NCBI GenBank assembly: GCA_021812305.1 | Contig: JAKAOB010000003.1 | Span: 1 to 43,718, forward strand | Reading direction: 5' to 3' | DNA: 43,718 nt | DNA from: Thermoplasmata archaeon | GTDB taxonomy: Archaea; Thermoplasmatota; Thermoplasmata; Lutacidiplasmatales; UBA184 | Shown here: positions 38,461 through 43,718 of the stretch, piece by piece | Numbering within the stretch: the stretch's first letter is position 1 | How the letters are laid out: the number at the start of each line of letters is the position of its first letter | Translations under genes and position numbers: made by a program | Notes under the pieces: generated by a model | Seen by the model: the letters and a program-made list of their open reading frames with translations, nothing else | Told to the model about the DNA's origin: nothing | Database searches by the model: none

Positions 38461-39657
38461 CTATACTATATGGGCGATACGATTCCGTATCTTACCATAT
38501 AGGCGGACCGGCTTCCCCACTGCCGCCCTCCTCTTCATGTCCCATAACCCCGCCTTCGAGATCCCGAGCTTTCGGGCTTCGGCATAGGACATTGCCGCGA
38601 CCCTCTCGGCGATGCCGGTCTCGACGTGGCCGGATTCCCCGGTATGGAACGGAACCGTATGGTGGAGCCTTCCGTTTGGTTTGGTGAGGTACCGGGCAAG
38701 ACCACGGGCAGCCTCGGTAACGAGGGACTCGTAGGAGTAGTTCCGGCCCCCGACCGCCACCTTGCGATTCATGTTGGCCGAGAGGCGGTCGATGAGCGCC
38801 CTAGCGGCGGCCGGCCGGAGTCGGACATGGTAATTCTCGGTCACGATGAAGTCCCGCTTCCGGTCGAGCTTCTTGTCCCGGAGGACTTCGAGGACCGAGA
38901 GGTCTACGAGCCAGCGGAACGGCTCTTGGAGATCGTAGACCAAGGGCAACTTCGCTGGGGATGTCTCATGAAGAAAGCCGATCTCCGGAAGCAAGCCGAC
39001 GGAAACCAAAGAGGATCGGCAAAGGGATTCGAGAAGGGAATAACCGTAGTTGAGCAGGGCATTGGTCGGGTCAGCCGCGGAGTTGTTCCAGGAGCGCTGA
39101 GGGGATCGCCGGGAGACAAAGCCCGCCGCGGGCCATAGGAATTCAACGGCCTTTGTGTACTCCTTCCACCACGCCTGGGCGACTCGGGCCTCGTAGACCC
39201 GAAGATCGTTGAGGGAGCGGCCCTGGTCGGAGCCACCCTCCTTCCGGATGGGGTCCGGTTCGACCGGGAGGGTCCGGCTCAGGTGCTCGGCAAGGGAGAC
39301 GGTCTTCGAGACCTTCTCCCGGATGAACTCGCGGGCGATCCCGAGACGGCTGGCGGGGTTCGAGTAGGCTTGGACCTGAGCGACCCTGAGCTCCCCGTTC
39401 GAGGGCCCCCGGGGCAGGATCGTGGAGAGGACCGTCCCGTTCCAGCGGAGGAGGGTTACGGGCACGTCATGGATCGCGAGGAACCGGAGCGCCTCGAAAC
39501 TGACCGACCCCGCCAGGGAGTCGACGACGACCGAGTCGAAAGGGAGCTGCTGAGGGCGGTAGGACTCCTTTCGACCCTCGGAACGCCAGTCGACTTCGAG
39601 TGTGCGGCCGTTGACTCGTAGGGACGTGCCGAAGCCGTGGAGGAGGAGGGGGCGCAT
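38461..39657 (-). CDS. cas1: Casposase (solo Cas1 integrase) with C-terminal HTH-like domain
   Basis: Motifs YEARVA (Glu), DPTNALLNYGY, GFLHE (His) and LVYDLQEPFRWLVD (acidic ligand). Extra C-terminal tail; no cas2 alongside. Confidence 0.95.
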   Translation of the reverse strand: MRPLLLHGFGTSLRVNGRTLEVDWRSEGRKESYRPQQLPFDSVVVDSLAGSVSFEALRFLAIHDVPVTLLRWNGTVLSTILPRGPSNGELRVAQVQAYSNPASRLGIAREFIREKVSKTVSLAEHLSRTLPVEPDPIRKEGGSDQGRSLNDLRVYEARVAQAWWKEYTKAVEFLWPAAGFVSRRSPQRSWNNSAADPTNALLNYGYSLLESLCRSSLVSVGLLPEIGFLHETSPAKLPLVYDLQEPFRWLVDLSVLEVLRDKKLDRKRDFIVTENYHVRLRPAAARALIDRLSANMNRKVAVGGRNYSYESLVTEAARGLARYLTKPNGRLHHTVPFHTGESGHVETGIAERVAAMSYAEARKLGISKAGLWDMKRRAAVGKPVRLYGKIRNRIAHIV

Positions 39658-39678
39658 ATGCTAACAACTGATAGCATA
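39657..39678. promoter_or_regulatory. Inverted repeat (operator-like) in the cas1 / Zn-ribbon divergent promoter
   Basis: TATGCTA-ACAACTGA-TAGCATA has perfect 7-bp arms and abuts the cas1 start codon. Confidence 0.6.
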
Positions 39679-39712
39679 CTCCCATATGTACTCTCGCAAC
39701 GTACCCTGAGCT

Positions 39713-39874
39713 GTGCCTCGCACGACTTACTCGGTCACCGGGTGGGAGTGCTTGCGGTGCGGGCACAAGTGGGTTCCAAGAATCTCGCGTGAGCCGAAGC
39801 GGTGCCCGGGGTGCAAGAGCCCTTACTGGAATCGCACCCGAACGCATCCGTCGCGGCCCGTCCGTCCGGTATGA
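39713..39874 (+). CDS. Small Zn-ribbon protein (53 aa)
   Basis: MPRTTYSVTGWECLRCGHKWVPRISREPKRCPGCKSPYWNRTRTHPSRPVRPV*. Two CxxC motifs; its TGA overlaps the cas4 ATG (ATGA). Absent from the ORF track. Confidence 0.8.
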   Translation: MPRTTYSVTGWECLRCGHKWVPRISREPKRCPGCKSPYWNRTRTHPSRPVRPV

Positions 39875-40887
39875 CAAACAGCAAGGGATTGCGGCGGAAG
39901 AGTCTCCGTCGCTTTCGTTCAACGAAGTTCGCTAAGGTCGGGGCGAAGGGTCCGACTCCCCGGGTTGGCCGCTTGATCAAGGCGCCAGAACCATCGAATC
40001 CACCGCCAGACTTGCCACTTGGCTCGGACGGGGTCAGCCCGACCGATCTACGCCTCGTTGAGCTCTGCCCATTACAACTCTGGCATGCAGCGCGATGGCC
40101 GTCGGAGACGGCTGCCCCTTCACTGGGCCTGGCGATTGGACAAATCGTGCATGCCGCCAGAGAGGCGATCTCGATGGAGCAGCGAGGAATCTACCTCCAA
40201 GCAGAATCTGAATCCAAGTTATGGAATGAAGACGTTGAGGCGCGGCTGAGAGCGCTGATTGAGTCTACCTTCGAGCGCCACTACTACCTCCATGTCTTCG
40301 GCGACCCGGCCGCTCGGGCAAGGTCAGAATGGACCGGCCGCCTCCTTGGCATGGAACGGGGGAGGGCCGATAGGGCTCGTGACGCTTGGAATCTTGGGCT
40401 GAGGGGCGTCGACCTCGCGAACGCCTGCACACCAGAGCGAACCGAAGCAGAATGGTTCGACTCGGGCCTGAGGATGCACGGATTCTGCGATGAGCTCTGG
40501 CGGGACGGCACGAAGTCCCGGCCTGTCGAGCTAAAGACGAGCCCACCGAATGATGCGAATCGGTCAGCAAACCGGTACCAGGTCGCGGCGTATGCATACT
40601 TGGCTCAGAACGTAGAAGGACTGGTGGTGAGTACGTGCGAAGTGCAATATCTTCGCGAGGGCTCCTCCGACAGATTCAGGTTCGGGCCCGCCTGGGAAGG
40701 TAAAGTGCGTCGGCAAGCCCATCGAGTGATGCTGGTGCGTCACTCGCTGGATCCGCCGACCGGTGCCCCGTCGCCACAAACATGTGGGTGGTGCCCGTTC
40801 CAGCAAGTATGCCCCCAGTCCGCCGCACCGTCGGTTGATGATGCTTTCGCTAGCCTCAAGGTTTTCGACGACTTCGGGGGCCGTTGA
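39871..40887 (+). CDS. cas4: Cas4-like PD-(D/E)xK nuclease with a four-Cys Fe-S cluster
   Basis: SPTDL...LCP, GQIVH, HGFCDEL...VELKT, YQVAAYA and C-terminal CGWCPFQQVC. Confidence 0.88.
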   Translation: MTNSKGLRRKSLRRFRSTKFAKVGAKGPTPRVGRLIKAPEPSNPPPDLPLGSDGVSPTDLRLVELCPLQLWHAARWPSETAAPSLGLAIGQIVHAAREAISMEQRGIYLQAESESKLWNEDVEARLRALIESTFERHYYLHVFGDPAARARSEWTGRLLGMERGRADRARDAWNLGLRGVDLANACTPERTEAEWFDSGLRMHGFCDELWRDGTKSRPVELKTSPPNDANRSANRYQVAAYAYLAQNVEGLVVSTCEVQYLREGSSDRFRFGPAWEGKVRRQAHRVMLVRHSLDPPTGAPSPQTCGWCPFQQVCPQSAAPSVDDAFASLKVFDDFGGR

Positions 40888-43157
40888 TTAATGTGACCGC
40901 GAGCGACTGCCGGCAGCAGGCAAGGCGCGTTGCAGAAAGTGTCTGGCGCGCGCTCCATCGGTCTCGGCCCTTGAGTTCAGAAGATGTGCAGCGGAAGGTT
41001 CGGGAAATCGGACTGCTCGAGTCGTCGAGGCTTGGCGAGCCAGATCATGACGCGCTAGCCCAGTTCTGCGAGTGGCTTTCATCGAGGATCATTCAGGAGG
41101 CGGGACCAGCAGGCAAGTATCGACAGCTCGACGTACACCGAGGAGTCGTGAGACTCTTCGGGCAATCCCCTTCCTTCTCCGATCCTGAGTTCGACATAGT
41201 TTCGAACATCGGAAAACAGACTTCGGTGTGGCGGTTCGACTCGGTCGGTAGCAGGCGCGACCTCCATGTCCTGACTCCTGGGACGCTCGAGCGCGTTTCC
41301 AGAGGCACCGAGGGACCTGTCTCGATCACGCAGGTAGTCCTTGGCAACCGGACGCAAGCGCTGCAGGTCGAGTCATTTGTGGCTGCACCCGAGAGGCATG
41401 AATCGCGAGGTGCAAGCGAGCAGGTGAAGGAGGACGCCAGAGATATCCCAGCCAAAGCTTCCGAGAGAAGAAGTCCTCCTGATGACGGCTCGAGGGAAGG
41501 CTCGACTCTCGACTCTGCTGCGAAGTCCCCAGCGGGCGGGGGTAACCGAATCGAAGCTTCACGAGGAAGCGCGAGACAAGTGGACTCAACTCACACCCCT
41601 ACCGAGGACGGGGTGATCGGCGCCATCGGGCCGTCACCGCCGACAATGAGCCGTGCCGGCGGGTATGTTGTAAACGGCATCCTCTATGTGCCCGAGATAC
41701 CGAACATTGCGGTCACGAAAGGGCTCCCGGTTATCGCAGAGTCACATAGCGACCCGTCTAACCCGAAATCTCCGCTCATTCGGGTGTTCGCCCGAATCGG
41801 GCAGACCACGGTCGAAACCTCAAGCACGATTGAGCGAGCTCCAACGAGCACGACGTACGTTGATAGTACGTTCGAGATCTTGCGCGAGGCATACCCTGCG
41901 TCCGAACAGGGCGCCGAGATTCGCCCTTGGACCCCGAAGGCAATGGGAGGTTACCGTCTGCGGTGGCCGCGTACTCAAGACCTTTCCCTGATGGGCTTCC
42001 CCGACTCTGGCGTCTGCCTCGGCTGGCAGGAGGGGGTACCCACAAGGCTCCAGTATTGGTTCCCGGTGGAGGCAATCTACAGATCGCTGTTCGTTGTCGG
42101 AGGAATGGGCGGAGGAAAGACCAACTTCATTTCGTGCCTCGCCCGCGCGATCGCAAACCGAGATCCGGCCGCCTTCCCTCATAGCCTTCGGCCGGCGGTT
42201 GTAATCCTCGATGCTGAGGGCAGAAAGGAGTACGCAGACCTAGCGACCGAAGTCCGGCCCGAGCTTCGCCGCTCCCTCGAGGAGCTCGGAATCGCCCCTC
42301 ACGGCGTGAGGGATTTCAGATACCACTCGATAGGGACGAAGGCTCGAAGCTTCCGGTTTGCAGACATTCCGCCTCAGGATACCGTGGTGTTCCCCGCCAC
42401 GCTTCCGACAAAGTCGGAGAGGGCGTGGATTCAGGGTGCTGAACTCTTCTGGAGGCATGCCCAAGCTGCCCAAAGATCGGTGACGGCGGCCCAGGCGACC
42501 GCTGCCATCGCTGGAGTGAACCTGCCGCTCGGAATCAACACTGCGATGAGAGCAGCAATTGTACGCGCTGCGTCGGATAGCTGCTGGGATGTGTTTGATC
42601 TTCCCGAGACCGAGCCCCTAACTGTGGACGAGCTCCTACAGCCGGGCCGGGTGTCTGTCGTCGATGTGTCCAACCTCCTGGGCGGGGACAGAATCCGCGC
42701 CGCGGGCCTCGCTCTCCTGACACTCTTTGACGTGGCGAAACGCCGGCAGCCGCAGCACCCGTGCCCGATCATCTTGATCGTAGACGAGGCGACGCGCTTG
42801 GTCCCCGCTGGATTTAGCGGCGCGAGCGCCAAGGACTATACCGACAAGATGGGAAAGTGGCTGACAGAGATTCTTCATCGTGGGCGACGCGCGAGCTACG
42901 GTCTCGTCTTGGCAACTCAATACCCCGACGACGTGTTGAGGGGCCTGGCCGACCAGCCCCAGACCAAAGTGGCCTTCGCGCTGGCCCCTCGCTACGACCG
43001 GTGGGTCGACACGAACTTCTCAGACGGTGCGGGTGAACGGCTCCGGGAGCTGGCTTCTCCTGGAGTCGGATACGTGGCCCGCACCGCACGCGTGGAGGGC
43101 GATCCCCAAGGCGTCCCACATCCGGCCACCGTGATTCACTTCCCACAGGTACGGTAG
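40884..43157 (+). CDS. HerA/FtsK-superfamily ATPase (DUF87-like) with a long N-terminal extension
   Basis: Walker A VGGMGGGKT, VILDAEG..EY, Walker B LIVDEA, GRR arginine finger and LATQYP. Start overlaps the cas4 stop. Confidence 0.88.
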   Translation: MINVTASDCRQQARRVAESVWRALHRSRPLSSEDVQRKVREIGLLESSRLGEPDHDALAQFCEWLSSRIIQEAGPAGKYRQLDVHRGVVRLFGQSPSFSDPEFDIVSNIGKQTSVWRFDSVGSRRDLHVLTPGTLERVSRGTEGPVSITQVVLGNRTQALQVESFVAAPERHESRGASEQVKEDARDIPAKASERRSPPDDGSREGSTLDSAAKSPAGGGNRIEASRGSARQVDSTHTPTEDGVIGAIGPSPPTMSRAGGYVVNGILYVPEIPNIAVTKGLPVIAESHSDPSNPKSPLIRVFARIGQTTVETSSTIERAPTSTTYVDSTFEILREAYPASEQGAEIRPWTPKAMGGYRLRWPRTQDLSLMGFPDSGVCLGWQEGVPTRLQYWFPVEAIYRSLFVVGGMGGGKTNFISCLARAIANRDPAAFPHSLRPAVVILDAEGRKEYADLATEVRPELRRSLEELGIAPHGVRDFRYHSIGTKARSFRFADIPPQDTVVFPATLPTKSERAWIQGAELFWRHAQAAQRSVTAAQATAAIAGVNLPLGINTAMRAAIVRAASDSCWDVFDLPETEPLTVDELLQPGRVSVVDVSNLLGGDRIRAAGLALLTLFDVAKRRQPQHPCPIILIVDEATRLVPAGFSGASAKDYTDKMGKWLTEILHRGRRASYGLVLATQYPDDVLRGLADQPQTKVAFALAPRYDRWVDTNFSDGAGERLRELASPGVGYVARTARVEGDPQGVPHPATVIHFPQVR

Positions 43158-43158
43158 A

Positions 43159-43632
43159 ATGCTGGTAACAGAGGACTCACAAGACAGGGTAATGGTCTTC
43201 ATCGATCTTGCAAATGTCCAGCGCTCGGTTCGATCCAAGGAGTCTAGTGGTTTCCGGCTGGATTACTACAGACTAGTGAAGGAGCTCGTCGGCCCACGGC
43301 GGCTAATCGGTGCGTACGTCTTCGATGCAGTCTCCTCGGCAGATCGAACATCTATAGAGCCCAAGAAACGCCTTCACGACGCCCTTCGGTACCTTGGATT
43401 CCGCGTAGTCGCAAGAGAAGTTGCCTTCGAAGAGGAGGGCCAGCAAAAGGAGGTGGATGTCGCCCTCGCCACCGAGATGCTCGTGGCCGCCCTCAGAAAT
43501 GCGTTCGACGTCGCGATTCTTGTTTCCGGAGATCGCGACTTCGTCCCGGCGGTAGAGCGGCTGAGGACAGAGGGAAAGCGCGTCGAGGTTGCCTTCTTTG
43601 GCGGATCGGTTGAAAACGAGGTACGTGTTTAG
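43159..43632 (+). CDS. NYN (LabA/DUF88, PIN-fold) ribonuclease, possibly C-terminally truncated
   Basis: Motifs VFIDLANV, QKEVDVAL, LVSGDRDF and GKRVEV. Starts 1 nt after the HerA stop. Confidence 0.88.
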   Translation: MLVTEDSQDRVMVFIDLANVQRSVRSKESSGFRLDYYRLVKELVGPRRLIGAYVFDAVSSADRTSIEPKKRLHDALRYLGFRVVAREVAFEEEGQQKEVDVALATEMLVAALRNAFDVAILVSGDRDFVPAVERLRTEGKRVEVAFFGGSVENEVRV

Positions 43633-43718
43633 CCCCTGACGGAGCGAGCGATCAGGTGAGGGCGGCGTAGAGTCGATCCGCCGGGTTCTCGCCCCGCGCC
43701 CGCCAGCTTCCCATCACG

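Larger units (their letters stand above)
29977..43632. mobile_element. Casposon (family 2-like) with defense-type cargo; right end unresolved
   Basis: Solo Cas1 with C-terminal extension, PolB, HNH and HTH genes; visibly lower GC than the flank; G-rich left end; no cas2 or CRISPR array. Inclusion of 39.7-43.6 kb rests on adjacency and composition. Confidence 0.88.

Noticed and set aside
39802-39870. Upstream GTG start for cas4
   Set aside because: This stretch encodes the Zn-ribbon protein in another frame, whose stop overlaps ATG 39871.
30128-43157. SIR2 and HerA as a SIR2-HerA system
   Set aside because: The genes are ~7.7 kb apart on opposite strands, the SIR2 is fused to its own STAND ATPase, and HerA is coupled to Cas4.
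43621-43636. GTACGTGTTTAGCCCC as the right TIR
   Set aside because: Its reverse complement shares little beyond GGGG with the left end, and no target-site duplication or remainder of the interrupted gene follows.
29977-43718. CRISPR-Cas locus suggested by cas1 and cas4
   Set aside because: No repeat-spacer array, cas2 or effector genes were seen; the PolB/HNH context indicates a casposon.

Overview
The window is archaeal, most likely a high-GC Thermoplasmata lineage (inferred from a TA0938-like gene, thermopsin-type C-terminal repeats, a class III signal-peptide pilin and TATA-like promoters). Bases 1 to ~29,975 are very GC-rich host DNA: GNAT, membrane proteins, phosphoesterase, a ZnF-TenA/PqqC plus TA0938 cluster, an FMN hydroxy-acid oxidase, a DeoC homolog missing its catalytic lysines, Usp, a cyclase-STAND-TPR plus cNMP-binding pair, nucleoside phosphorylase, pilin, GltD-like flavoprotein, K+ channel, three surface proteins, a methyltransferase and asnA. 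At ~29,977 a small membrane-protein gene ends abruptly at a G-rich, partly palindromic sequence, and a lower-GC element runs from there to ~43,632. This element is a casposon: solo Cas1 with a C-terminal HTH-like tail, family B DNA polymerase, HNH and HTH genes, with no cas2 and no CRISPR array seen. It carries two cargo modules: an Avs-like SIR2-STAND-TPR-OB protein, and a tightly coupled Zn-ribbon/Cas4/HerA/NYN operon transcribed divergently from cas1. That operon is the best candidate for an undescribed system. Cas1 and PolB also share a homologous ~50-aa C-terminal domain. The right end of the element and its target-site duplication were not found. All calls come from reading motifs by eye; no database searches were run.
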